Source: Trichosphaerium sp. ATCC 40318 (lineage: Eukaryota; Protista; Tubulinea). From it: DNA of 64,000 nt. Positions 25,258 through 37,500 of this stretch are shown piece by piece. Each line of letters starts with the position of its first letter. The stretch's first letter is position 1. The position numbers and the translations under genes were made by a program. Below the pieces are notes generated by a model that was not told the origin of the DNA, did not search any database, and saw nothing but the letters and a program-made list of their open reading frames with translations. The stretch covers positions 372,001-436,000 of the forward strand of contig JALMLS010000216.1 of assembly GCA_038496445.1 (NCBI GenBank), written 5' to 3'.

Positions 25258-27111
25258 ATGGCACATTACGAAAAGCCTGCTAACCATACGCAAACAAAAT
25301 TCCGTTTGGATACAGCAATGATAGAGAGATTAGTCGCTGAAACAGTGGTAAGTATATAAACCTCATATTGATCACGTGGGCAACCTAAAAATTAAGCTCA
25401 AATCCCATTTAAACTAAACGCACAACCTCGTCTCTTTTTTTTTTTTTTTGTGTTTTTTTTTTTGACTCAATTTCACCACGTTTTTTTTATTTTTCAACCT
25501 TTTTGTAGATTAGCGACTATTCATTGTCTAAAAACGAGGAACTTTCAAGTAAAAACTACACGTACTATGACCCAACGGAGTATGCGTACGCAAAATTGTA
25601 CACGCACGCGGTATCCGGTATTCTTCGCTTAGAGGACAACGCTCTACTCGCAAGAGGCGTAGTAGTAAAACTTGATAATGCGACATACGTGGTCCACGCT
25701 TGTCTTATTAGCGGAAGAAAAATACCTTTTATACTGGTATACGATCAAGTACGTTAACATATATGCCTTCTAAATTCGAATTTTGAAGTCTTTTGTGTTC
25801 GGAAAAACACTTCGGCCGACATTCCTTTTTACATCACTAAAACGTTTCTAACCTCTACTATGCAGAGATACGACATGCATGTGCTACGTGCGAGTAAAGT
25901 TAAAATAGAAGGCATATTAACGAGAAGAGCACTTTCTATTGTGCACGATGATGTTGGTAAGCTGTATATTCAATGGAAACAGATGCTATTGCCCTTTACA
26001 CAAAAGAAGAGAAAGAGAGATGATTCATTCTCAGAGCCTCCTCCGCTAGAAAAGAGAATTCGTCCTCGCGTTATTACAGCGGCACGTTTAATGGATGCTC
26101 CAGATACAGCGGATCTACAGCATTTGCATGACAAGAGAGATAAGGTAGGGGTGCGAGGAGTTTAAATTGTTTTAGTGAAGACGTACAACTGGATTTTTAA
26201 TCATTATTTTGATTGTAGAGCCTCCTTGAGTACCATTTCCCTCCTGAGAGCTATTACGCGAGGCCATTAAACAGGCTCACACCTGTACGTTTTTTTTGTG
26301 AGTTTTGAAAAATTCGGGTAAAGTAGTTTTACCGAGGTTAGTACTGATATCTAAAAAAGGACGGTGGTATGGGTATAAGGAATAGAGAGCCAACAAAAGA
26401 GGACGAGATTTTGTTCAAGTTAACTGTGCTCACCCAAAAGGTTGATAACCTGGACCGCAATATGCAGAATATGGAAGCACGTCTAAACCTCCAGGTAACG
26501 CTCTAAAACCCATAACACAAAGGGGTGACAAATTCAAAAAAAAAAAAATTAAAACCTCATTGTTTTTTTAGTTCGCAAAAGATTTCAAGGACAAATGCGA
26601 GGAAGTTTCGTCTACAATCAAATCTGTGCGTCAAAAAAAAAAAAATACAAAACAAAAAAACTTTCTATTTCAAACAAAATAGAAACACAAATAAGAAGTT
26701 GACACCTGACCCGATTTTAGGAACTACGTAATATCTTAGTCAGACCTACCAGGCAGAATTCACCTCGTTGGATGCCTTCTAATAGCAGACAAGCTCCACC
26801 ACACTCTTCTGTATCACATAGTCTACGCGCGGATGCTTCAAACTCGCGAGCTATGTTTGGTCCCCGAATACCACCGCGAGATTTTGGTGGTCAACCAAGT
26901 GTGCCCTCGCCACCTCATCCTCGCTCTCCACCCGCTCACCTACGCCACCGAAGCCCTAGTACACTCACAGAAGCCAAGATAGTACCCAGTGGTAGTGCAA
27001 AACAAACCACGGAAGGAGGTACATGGGCGGCACGACTAGTTTTGGAGTTACTTTCTGTTTTTCTTACTTTCTTTCGTAGATGTGCCCTGGTCAGCGATAG
27101 TACTATCCTAA
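25258..27111 (+). CDS. Uncharacterised multi-exon protein with a coiled coil and a Pro/Ser-rich C-terminus
   Basis: Chain of open exons with GT-AG introns; no family recognised. Confidence 0.45.
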
Positions 27112-27877
27112 TCAATAGCGTACGTAGTAATTTAACCTTTGAAAGAGGCTTAACAACGATTTGTTCGTTTTTTCTCGAAAAACCGTTCTAAACTGCACCC
27201 ATATTATGTGTTACGCGTAAAACATGCAAATCCTGCTCGTTCTTACTGATTTGTAGACTTTTTTTGAAAAAAAACGGTTTTTGTAAGTTCATTTCCAGTT
27301 TACTCATTTGTTTTAGCGCGCAAATACTGTTTTTCTATCAAAAATAACACTACACGCCACTTATGTAAAATATACGCGACTACACTACAAGTTTACCGCG
27401 TTTCTAAACTCACATTATAAAGTAAGCGCTCGAACCCGCGAGAGAAAACACATGTGGGTACATTAAAAGTACAATAAACGAACTTTTGCAACTGCCACAA
27501 TTTTTTTATTGCGTTTTTCCCAACACTCTTAAGGTGACAGATTGAGAGAAAAAATGGACTCGCATACCATGGGCGTTTGCGCATTAGCGCTGTGCTCCTT
27601 CATGTTAACTTGGCAATAGGTATTTGTACCAGTCTACCGGAAAGAGGGGTGTTTTCCAATGCACCTTGTATTAATCATATGGTTGCATGGAGGAGAGTGA
27701 TCCACTGAAGTACTATCAATGACAGAAAGCTAGCGCTGAAGTTGTATGTATTGTGGTAAGCTCAAGAGCAAGTACTAGGTAGTGAGTCTTTTTGTTGCAG
27801 CTTACACAAAGTGTATGAGCTAGGAGTGGCAATATATGAATTGGTACGTATAATTTTCTGCAATAATTAACAACGCA

Positions 27878-27949
27878 TCCCCCTTGGTGTAGTGGCTATC
27901 ATCGTCGCCTGTCACGCGACAGACCCGGGTTCGATTCCCGGAGGGGGAG
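27878..27949 (+). tRNA. tRNA-Asp (GTC)
   Basis: Acceptor stem TCCCCCT/AGGGGGA; anticodon arm GTCGC-CT-GTC-AC-GCGAC; T arm CCGGG-TTCGATT-CCCGG; downstream T run consistent with a Pol III terminator. Confidence 0.95.
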
Positions 27950-28056
27950 CTTCCTTTTTGCATTTGTTGTACTGTATGTATGTCAAACACTTTTTTTTTT
28001 GCTGGCGTTTTTTCTGAACAAGTCAAAATTGTAGTTACAAATTACCTGGTGTAACA

Positions 28057-29153
28057 ATGGCGTACCCGCTTGGAGTACGTCTTTTTAGCGTTATTGTATT
28101 CGGTCTTAATTGTTTAGATGTCGCTTACCCCAAGCACGTATAATGATCAAACCATGTACGATTCGAACGAACGACAACGTAGCGAGTACGTTGAATCAAA
28201 AATGGTCGAGAATACAGCCTTTGATGCCAAGATACTTCAAAAAGCACGCCAATTAGATCAAGCTATCGCTAATTTCACGTAGAGAATGAAATTACATTCA
28301 AATAAACAAGAACGAGAGCATTTTGATAATCTGGCCAATTTATACTCTATTCTAAAGACGACTGAGGCCTTGGAGTCTACGTACTCAACTCCTGGTGCCC
28401 TTGACCCCTCAGAGTACGTCTTAAATTATAAACCAAACACAACGTTACAAAAATTACAAAAACGTGCTTCCTGATGCTCTGTAGATACCGTATTGTATGT
28501 GCAAAATTTATTGCTGACTATGAGTCGACACGCAAACTTACACGAAAGGAAGAGCCTGATATTAAGAAATTCATGGCAACATACAACGTACAACGCCTTA
28601 AAACCACTAATCAAACCAAAAATCAAAATTCTGACAGAAATTGTAGTTAAACGTACCGCTTGCTTATGAGCGCCTTGAAACAGCAAAGGCACCTCATGGC
28701 GCACCATCAGATAGTCCTAAAGCGATAGCAGAAGCTGTACAACATTTTATAACGGTACATCATGCCTTTTTCAACAAAACTTCCAAGACGGAAAAATGGC
28801 TTTTCTAGCTTCTTTATAACCCTACTACGTACCTGTACTCATACTTATATAGCTTATGGATGCCCTTAAACTACAGATTGGTGCTGTTGATGAGATTCAA
28901 CCTCTTGTCGTTGAACTAATGGAAAGTCTTAAAAAACTTCCTTTTATTGCTCCTGATTTTGAGGCTATAACGAAATTAAAGAACTGGTTCGTTTTCAAAA
29001 CAAGTTGTTACACGGTTTATTAACAGTTGATGGTATAGGCTACTAGTACTTGGTAAAATGAAAGCGATTGATGAGCTGTCAGAAGAGCAAATACGTCAAA
29101 TGTCTTTTGACTTGGATAGCTCATACACAGCATTTCATAAAGCAATGCAATAA
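28057..29153 (+). CDS. VPS28: ESCRT-I subunit Vps28
   Basis: EREHFDNLANLYSILKTTEALE...AIAEAVQHFITLMDALKL...AVDEIQPL...DELSEEQIRQMSFDLDSSYTAF. Confidence 0.92.
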
Positions 29154-29359
29154 TAATTTTTGAAATAACGAATACCATAATCCTTGTAAATAAACAATTT
29201 GTACGAAAAAAAAAAAACACGTGAGAAAATATGCAAAGTTCTTTCCTTTTTTAGATTTCCTCGGGATTGAAGTATTCGTTCTTGGTTTCCATGGAACATC
29301 AGGTATCACTTTGTTAGAGTAAAAAGTAGAACGTCACTTGCTCTTCCTTCTTCTTCAAC

Positions 29360-29812
29360 ATGGACAACATAAAAAAGTTCTTTGACACTCTTGAAACTGG
29401 TAAAGGATCTGAAGCTATCAAGCCTTTTATTATTCCCGGAGCAACTTTCACATGTCAATCCGACAGATACAAGGATATAAAAACAATAGCAGAATATGCA
29501 GACGAACTTAAAGGTACTCAAGACAGATTTGGGCGAAAGAAAAATACTAACTATTGTTCAGAGGTTTTAATTAAGATTTTGCCTGGAGCGAAGTACGAAA
29601 TGATTTCAATATCTCAAGCCGACGGTATATACCTTGCATATGCTAAGTTTCATGCTACGCATACTGGTCCTGGAGGACCTGTTCCAGCAACTGGTAAGAC
29701 AAGTGTAAGCGATTATGTGTTCGCAATATACACATCAAAGGAAGGCAAAGTAACAGGTGTAACCAAGATTTGGAACGATCTGTACAGTGCCAAGATGCTT
29801 GGATGGGCATGA
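29360..29812 (+). CDS. SnoaL/NTF2-like (polyketide cyclase-like) protein of bacterial type, with one 48-nt in-frame intron (29514-29561)
   Basis: FFDTLETGKG...ATFTCQS...FHATHTGPGGPVPATGK...DYV...TKIWN...LGWA; the intron has a GTACTC donor, TACTAAC branch point and CAG acceptor. Confidence 0.8.
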   Translation: MDNIKKFFDTLETGKGSEAIKPFIIPGATFTCQSDRYKDIKTIAEYADELKGTQDRFGRKKNTNYCSEVLIKILPGAKYEMISISQADGIYLAYAKFHATHTGPGGPVPATGKTSVSDYVFAIYTSKEGKVTGVTKIWNDLYSAKMLGWA

Positions 29813-30516
29813 TTTGGAAATGTATTACTTTTGTTACGCGACCAAAAAAAGAATTGATCCAATAAAACAAAATGAATGTTATGCGGCCTTCTTTCGCTTC
29901 AATAAGTGCAAACTACTGGTGGTGTCGTGTCTTTCATTAATTGAGCTTCAATTAACATGATACAGACAATGCGTGGTTACTACACTGGCTTGGCCACTAG
30001 TTGAATAGTGACCTTAGTTAAATATGACATCATACCTAAGTAAAATGACAGCCATTATGTGGTTTTGACAACAAGCAAATTGTTGAGGTACGACGCTTCG
30101 AAGGAGAGCCAGAATGCGTACAGTAAGGCGGCACGTCGCCAAAATCTAGTTTGAGGCACAAAAGCTTGTATATTAATGCTTACGCCTATTGAACCTTTCT
30201 CACGATAGTTTATATTCAAGATATCGCGGTTTTTGTGTTTCGTTTCTGACGTGTTGGTGAAAGGAACTTCCTCATTCTCTTTGACAAGTGACGCCTTACA
30301 TCTCCTTTTAAGGATATTCAATTCAATTCTCATTTGTTAGCTCCTTTTAAGGTTACATAAATACCCACGTGATATATTTTTTTTAAAACAAACCTTCGGC
30401 ACATGTTAAAATAGTAAAGAGTGCATCAATATAAAAGGGTAAAATCTGTTCAATCACATTACAAGAGATCACTCACTACCTTTTGATACTTCCGCTTTAT
30501 AAACGGCATCTCTACA

Positions 30517-31275
30517 ATGTCTATCGATGGTAAAACGCGTATAAATAACCAAGAGCCTCTTCCGCTACCTTCAACGCAGTTTCGGATGAACCCGCTCCAG
30601 ATTTTGCTTCAACCTATTCCAACGAATGACAGGCTATTTAAGGGCTTTAGTGATCCAGGATCCGAGGTTGAGAAGTCAATTCGGCGTATTTCCGATGCGA
30701 TAGAAGGAAATAAGAGCTTATCGGAAAGAAACGTTACTACGCTACACTACAGTGACGTTTTTCAATGTTACACATCAATGCCATTTTATGCAGCGATTCT
30801 TCGTGAGTTACAGCACGTGGCACCTCGTATTGATCAATGTAAACAACGTATAGCATTAATTTGGGCACAATTAAGGGTTGTTATTGGAGAAGAAGATCGT
30901 CCTTTGGCACACGACTTTTCGTTCAAAAGAATTGTAGATGCTGCTCTTAATAGAGATATTGCTAACTTGGGAGAGCTTGAATTGCTTTTTATTTCTTATT
31001 TGCTTGTACTAAGACTATGTCCTCGATTTATATTAACAGAAGAAGGTATACCGACGCCTATGACGCCTGATTTTAAGAAAACATTAAACAGAAACGCTAT
31101 ACATTTTTTTGTCAATATTCACCTTTGTCCTCGTCGTGATTACAAGGTTGAGCGTAGACTACTTAAAAAACTAGCTGGTAATGATTATAGAACATTATCA
31201 AATTCTCTTGGAACATCTCAAAAGATAGTCGATCACTTATCGAAGCTTAAACAGCTCATAACTGTACGTCATTAA
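30517..31275 (+). CDS. Intronless hypothetical protein (252 aa)
   Basis: Long uninterrupted ORF; no motif recognised. Confidence 0.55.
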   Translation: MSIDGKTRINNQEPLPLPSTQFRMNPLQILLQPIPTNDRLFKGFSDPGSEVEKSIRRISDAIEGNKSLSERNVTTLHYSDVFQCYTSMPFYAAILRELQHVAPRIDQCKQRIALIWAQLRVVIGEEDRPLAHDFSFKRIVDAALNRDIANLGELELLFISYLLVLRLCPRFILTEEGIPTPMTPDFKKTLNRNAIHFFVNIHLCPRRDYKVERRLLKKLAGNDYRTLSNSLGTSQKIVDHLSKLKQLITVRH

Positions 31276-31563
31276 ATTCAACATTAGAGCTAGTTAAAAA
31301 AAAAAACATTTCACCAAAAAAAAAAAAAGTTATTTTTGGCTTTTGCCAAAATAATCACGTGTTTTTGTCTGAAAAGGTTGTTGCCTTGCGCTAGTTTTTT
31401 ATTTCTTTTTTGAAAGTATTGACAAGATTCCTATTTTGCATAGCGTAGAACAACAGTAACAAAGCAATTCTCGCAGTTTTTTTTTTTTTTTTCAATCTTT
31501 TTTTTTGTCAACCGTTCCCCCAGTCCCAAATTTAGTTTTGCTTAGCTACGACATTGGAGTGTT

Positions 31564-32535
31564 ATGCTTGAACATTTATCACAAGATGAGAAAAACAGAC
31601 TTTGGAGTGTTGCTAATACTGTACCTATATTCTCTACAATGGTAACACCGCCACCAATAAAAATAGTACGCATAAAACTTAAAACTGTTTGCAAAAAAAA
31701 TCGACCTAATTTTTTTGTCAAAGCTGATCCAAATGTGGTGTCAATCTCTGCATCTAGTACGTCTTACAGTTTTCAAATATTCCAAAATCAAATCTTTATT
31801 TATATACTCATAGGATCGCATATCGGTCATGTGTAATATTATAGATATGCTACATAAACACGGGGTGCTGATAGTGAGTTTTTTTGAAAATATGAAAAAA
31901 AGAAAAGAAAAAAAAACCCGACTGAGATTTTTCTTTGTAGGACGATTCTTTTGGATACCATCATGGTGAGAGTGAGCAACGTGAGAGGTTGATAATGCCT
32001 TTAATATCTCAAACACATTTGCGCCCACCACAACCATTGATGGCGCGTCGATCGCCAAGTCCAATGTGCATATCACCTGCAGGTTCGCCAACACCTGGAA
32101 GAACATCTCCTTTGTCACCTATACCGAGGAGGTCTTTGCGTCATATCAACCCTGTTTCGCCTTCAGTATATTGGCCAGAAGGGCCTTCAAGGCTACCTCA
32201 CTTTACACGCCTAGTTCAAGAAAAACCAGACGTCCACAAGCCAGCTGTAAGCAACTTCGTTTTATTTCTCGCTCTGTTTTTAATTTCTTTTCTAGGCTTC
32301 CACTCAACCGGTAATTAAAGATTGGAACGGAACGCGGAACTCAAATAATAGTTTACCAGCTTTTGGACAAAACTCAGCATTCACAGCGCCAAAGGCAAAA
32401 GCAAAACGAAAATTAAGTCTTTCTGGTATGTTACTCCTTGTTCTTGTTTTTTTCAGTTTCTGGATTGCTGATTGCCACCTTTTTGTTTAGCTGAGACTGC
32501 AGGACCACCAAAGAAACATAAGAAAAAGGATATAG
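31564..32535 (+). CDS. Uncharacterised Ser/Pro-rich protein with a basic C-terminus
   Basis: Spliceable exons; RRSPSP...GSPTPGRTSPLSP; C-terminal PPKKHRKRI. Confidence 0.45.
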
Positions 32536-32928
32536 AAGAAAAATGATGTGAAGCACTTGATACACAAGCCTATTTGTAAAAAATAAACTAACCCCATTTA
32601 ACTGTAGACGTTTATTAACACTCAATAGTTATGCTAACAAACTAGAAATATATTCGTACATGACTCTACTATCACCGTGGCTCATAGTATACGCGCGGAT
32701 ACGACTCACCTTTGCTGTTGTACCAGGCCCAATGTCGTTTTTTAAAAAAAACCAATCATGCCTCTACTAGACTACTTTCTATTGTCTGATGTACTTTGGT
32801 AAAAGAACAAGCGCTGCAACGGACTTGCACCCAAATAATTATCTAATGTAGTCTTTTACACATTTCGAACTTAGCGAACTTAACTAATGTATTATTCAAC
32901 TCAATTTCCCTTACACGTGACAAGCAGT

Positions 32929-33996
32929 ATGAATTTCTCAGGCGTTTCTGTTGAGCAAGCGCTCAAATACTTTGAAAACAGTTATCCAGACGAATTCGTT
33001 AAAATAATGGCAAAACAAGAACAAACATTCATAACGCAGCTAGCAAGTATATTATCCGCCTCAAATATGTATCTTGTCAAACAACTCGACAAGCTCTTCA
33101 AACACTCGAATACAATCGTTAACGATGCAAAAGAAGATCACGTGACTCGTTCGCCAGACCTAAATTCTCAGGACTTAGATCACAAGTCGCCAAAGAGGGC
33201 ACACGAGATAACCTTCCAAGAAACAAATATTCTCGATTTTCCAGTGGAAGTTATTTCGATTATTATCAGCCATACAGAGGCAAACGATAGATTCTGTGTT
33301 GCTCAATCATGTCTTTATATGGCTGATATTATCCATGATATTACTGGATATGAAAAGGTTTTTCTTAAAAAAGCCTCAGATATTTTAAAGATAATACAGT
33401 ACAGAGGTATCCAAAACAATAGTATGATTGTATTGAAGACAAAAAATACTTTGTTTTCATTACTTGATGGATGCCGCCATATTAAAGCCTACGAATCTGA
33501 TATTTGTAACAGCGATCTGAAAGCACTTGCGGGTGTTTGTAGCATTGATCTTTGCAACACAAAAGTTACAGATGAAGGTATTATGAGTTTATCAGGTGTT
33601 TATTCCATTAATCTCGCTTACACTGAAGTTACTGATGAAGGTATAAAAGCACTTGCTGGAGTTCATACTATTCAGCTAAGAAGAACAAAAGTAACTGACG
33701 AAGGTATAAAAGCGCTTGCAGGTGTTCATACAATTGACCTTGAAGGAACTGCAGTCACTGATGAAGGTATAAAAGCACTTGCTGGAGTCCATGCGATTTA
33801 CCTTAGCAACACATCAGTGACTGATGAAGGTATAAAAGCACTTGATGGTGTAAATACTATTTCTCTGACTCAGACAGCAGTCACTAAACAATGCATTAAA
33901 GCACTTAAACATAAAGTTCAAACCATTGATTGCTATACACTTAAATATGCAGGAAACCAGTTAATAACTTTACAAGGATTTGAAGCACTTAAGTAA
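32929..33996 (+). CDS. Intronless F-box + LRR protein, paralog of 19019-20368
   Basis: Start MNFSGVSVEQAL matches the paralog's MNFCGVSVDQAL; F-box NILDFPVEVISII; VTDEGIKALAGVH repeats. Confidence 0.85.
   Translation: MNFSGVSVEQALKYFENSYPDEFVKIMAKQEQTFITQLASILSASNMYLVKQLDKLFKHSNTIVNDAKEDHVTRSPDLNSQDLDHKSPKRAHEITFQETNILDFPVEVISIIISHTEANDRFCVAQSCLYMADIIHDITGYEKVFLKKASDILKIIQYRGIQNNSMIVLKTKNTLFSLLDGCRHIKAYESDICNSDLKALAGVCSIDLCNTKVTDEGIMSLSGVYSINLAYTEVTDEGIKALAGVHTIQLRRTKVTDEGIKALAGVHTIDLEGTAVTDEGIKALAGVHAIYLSNTSVTDEGIKALDGVNTISLTQTAVTKQCIKALKHKVQTIDCYTLKYAGNQLITLQGFEALK
33545..33900 (+). repeat. 66-bp tandem coding repeats (22-aa LRR units)
   Basis: ACTGATGAAGGTATAAAAGCACTTG recurs at about 66-bp spacing. 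Confidence 0.75.
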
Positions 33997-34553
33997 TACT
34001 TGTACCTATTGAATGCAATGAATGGAGCACGAACTAAAATGAAAGCCAGTAGAGATGTTATGACAAAACGTTTCTAACGTTTTTCTGAATGCCAACTGCA
34101 AAAAACTTAGATCTTGTAAAAAGGATAACTGAAAGCTGCTACTCGGTCCTCTCATGCTCGGATGACCTTTGATTGTATTGTTTTTGACGGTAAAAACAAG
34201 AAACGTTTCTAACGTTTCTTGTGTCAAGGAACACATAGTTTAAAGTTAGAAGCGCAGAATTCCTCATAATGTTTATCCTCGAATTACGCCAAAAGCTGAT
34301 ATTCTTTCTGTGCTGTCTGTTCGAAGGAACAAATATCAATTTACACTTGTTTTGAATTACCTTGTTTGAAATCAAACGCAATATGACATGGTTGTTAATA
34401 GCAGCCTTTGATTCATTAAAGACAAACTACTTTGTGTACATTCACAGACGCGTACGGATCATTCTTAGACAACATGTTATCAGTATAATAACAGTTCTTA
34501 CAAGCATGACGTAGAAATACAATTGTTTTTTATTTGGAAATTAAAGTTCATTA

Positions 34554-37500
34554 TTAGTTGATAATCAGTTTCTCTATTTGGTCATTGCTTCCATACTTTC
34601 CAATAAACCCGAGGACAGCCAATTCATTAACAGCTAAAGCAAACCGAGCCCTGTGAGAAAATAAATCAAAAAGAACGTAAAAATATAAGATAAATCACGT
34701 GACAAGGATTCAGAAAAAAAAAAAGAAAAAAAAAAAGAAAAAACTTACCCAACAGCACTGCCTTGGAGTGTATCCTCAGGATCAATAACACCTTTGAAAT
34801 TTGTATAAATATCGTTTGTATTAAGAAACCGTGATGAGCTTGATTTAAAAAAATAATACCTATGCAGGAAGAGTGAGCGAGAGTCAAAAAACTTTTTTTA
34901 AAATATGGAGCAGTTACAAGTCTCTAATTTTTTTTGACGTACAGTATTCTAATATCCTCCCATTTTGTACTGACATTCTTATCGTCTTCAGGGAAGAAAG
35001 CTTGGCGCTTGTTTTCGAGCATTGCACGAATTTCTCGGCGCAGATTTGGGTTAAAACGCTTTTAGAAAAAAAGTTACTTCAAAGTATAAAAAAATGATCA
35101 ACAAAAAGGTGACAATACCTGAACAAGTTGTCTATGATGATTATAGTAGAATACCTCATATAATGGTAGAGAACATGCAGGGCGAAAGGAGAATCTTATA
35201 TAACACTTGATAAGCAAGGTATTCGAATAAAGAAATAAGAAAAAAAAACTGACTTACCGAAAGTATTTTTTAGAGAATTCAACAATTCTTTCTCTAATAT
35301 CCTGTTCTACAGTCTTTCTTTTCCTTTTCTTTATTTTCACTACCTTCTTCTTTGTCTTTTTTGTAGTAGCTCTATTATACCTTTGTGCCCTTAACATACT
35401 AACAGACATTGTACTTTCATTAACTTTTGAAGGATCAATCTCTTGTTTTACAGGTTCTTCTTCATGATCTATATCCATAGCATCATCTTTAGGTTGTTGT
35501 TCTTCCTCTACAAACGCTTTCAAATCAGAGTTATTAATTTCATCCATTCTAAATAGAACAACATAAATCATGTGCCCGTAACAGCAAGAGGGATGACAAA
35601 AAAAAAGAACTCACAACTCTTTAAGCGGTGTAAGAAAATGAATAGCTCCTGGGATTTGAGCTCGATCTAGTAATGTATGCCAAAGCAATAACAGCCGCTT
35701 CAAGTCAGGAAGACCAAAAACAAAGCCTCTAATACAACGTCATGTTAAGAACGAAAAAAAAAGAAAAAGAAGAGCATACCTTTTGCTCTTCAGACATAAG
35801 TAGTCACAGTGTAAATCAAATTCACTTTTGTTGTATCTTAACACTGACAGTAACACCTATTTTTTGGTTTAGATCATGCATGCTCCTATACAATAATTTA
35901 CCTGACAAAAATCAACAGTATCTACACTTAGAGAAAGAAGAGCAGTATAGCATCTAAAACCAACAGACAACGCTACACAAATTAGTAATGAAAAAAAAAA
36001 AGACAAGAAGCAGCGTTAGGATACCTTTCTTGTAGTTTTGTACTTCTAACAACCAACAGCATACTTTAGAACGTAATTGAACTGGATCACCAAGCCAAGG
36101 TCCTTTCTGAATACGCCACCTTGTATACAATCAGTATTGATTTGTTTCAATTCAACACAAGAAAAAAAAATTCATGTTAAAGTACTTACCTTCCTTTACT
36201 TATGTTTTGTAATACTTGAATGGCTATGAGCGCGAGATAATCTTGCGTGATAGATTTCACTAGGTGTATAGCACCAGGGGCACAAAGGAAACTCAAAGGA
36301 TTATTATAAAAGTGGTCGAACAACACAAACTAAACATCAACAATTAAACTACGATATGTGTCACCTTCTAAGAATAAACGTACCTTTATCTGTCTCATAA
36401 AAGAATCAATAGAAAGAGTAAAGTGATTGAATGAATCATGTAGAAATTTAAAAGGTGAGAATGTGAGGTTGAAGGGTGTTGCATTGTTAATGCAAAGCTA
36501 AAAAAAATCAGTACGTGTTGGTCAAGTCTACTAAAAAAAATGGTTAACATGCCTCTTCAATAATATCCTTAAATGTCGTTTTAGAAGGCATTACACTGAA
36601 TATTTGTGTTTGTAGTGTACTTGAACTGGTTCTTGGCAACTGTTGATGAAGAGCAGTAGCTTTGGAATCAATGTTAGCAGTTTCCTTATTTTTTTCTGAG
36701 CTTTTTTAAAGAATAACGTACTCGATGTTGTCAATCCAATGATCAATATAGGGTCTAGACCAGGACAAGCTTTTACAATATGAATTATATCTTGAAGTAT
36801 GATAGACTTAAAATGCCCAAAGTCCTCAAAAATAATAACCAACGCTATGCAAACAAAAATAAAAAATCGGACTTGGATAGTCATTGTAATAATTTGTAAT
36901 TAACGTACTCTTCACAACTCCTTCTGTGTCATTTGCCCACTCTGCAAGTGTACGCATACTAAATTCTGCTCTACGATTGACAAACTAAACAGTTAGATTA
37001 AGTTAATACAAAAAGACAAATACATACTCTGCTATTAAACTTGCATTGTTGAATGATTGACTTCATCGTATCCTTGATTGTTTTACATACACCAGAGTAT
37101 AACCTGACAACATGTACATCCTTTTGGAATGCAAGTGTCTTGGATATCAAAGTAAACGTTTTATCATGATCAGATACATTGACACCTGTCACAATGTGTC
37201 ACATTAAAAGCAGAAAATAACAAGAAAAAAATCACTTACCGGCAAGTACCAAAGCTGTGTGCAAAAACGGTTTAACAGGATATTGCTTGCAATTTCTTAC
37301 ATATTTTACAAGTGTTGACAACATGTCTTGGTGAACAACACGAAGTACATTCTGCAAAAAACAAAAATTAAAAGTTAAAAAAAAGTACAAGCCCGTACGT
37401 TCACTGTTGTCGTCACTTGCTTTAAACATAGCTTATATGCTTGTTCTCTCGCCAAAGTAAAATCTAGTGGCTCTAGACCCTCTCCTAATTCGCGCACAAC

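Noticed and set aside
1812-29153. Two ESCRT genes (IST1, VPS28) in one window
   Set aside because: They are about 25 kb apart with unrelated genes between them; most likely chance.
34006-34510. Short direct repeat (AAACGTTTCTAACGTTT at ~34066 and ~34201) and small minus-strand ORFs
   Set aside because: Only two short copies and no coherent gene model or element boundaries.
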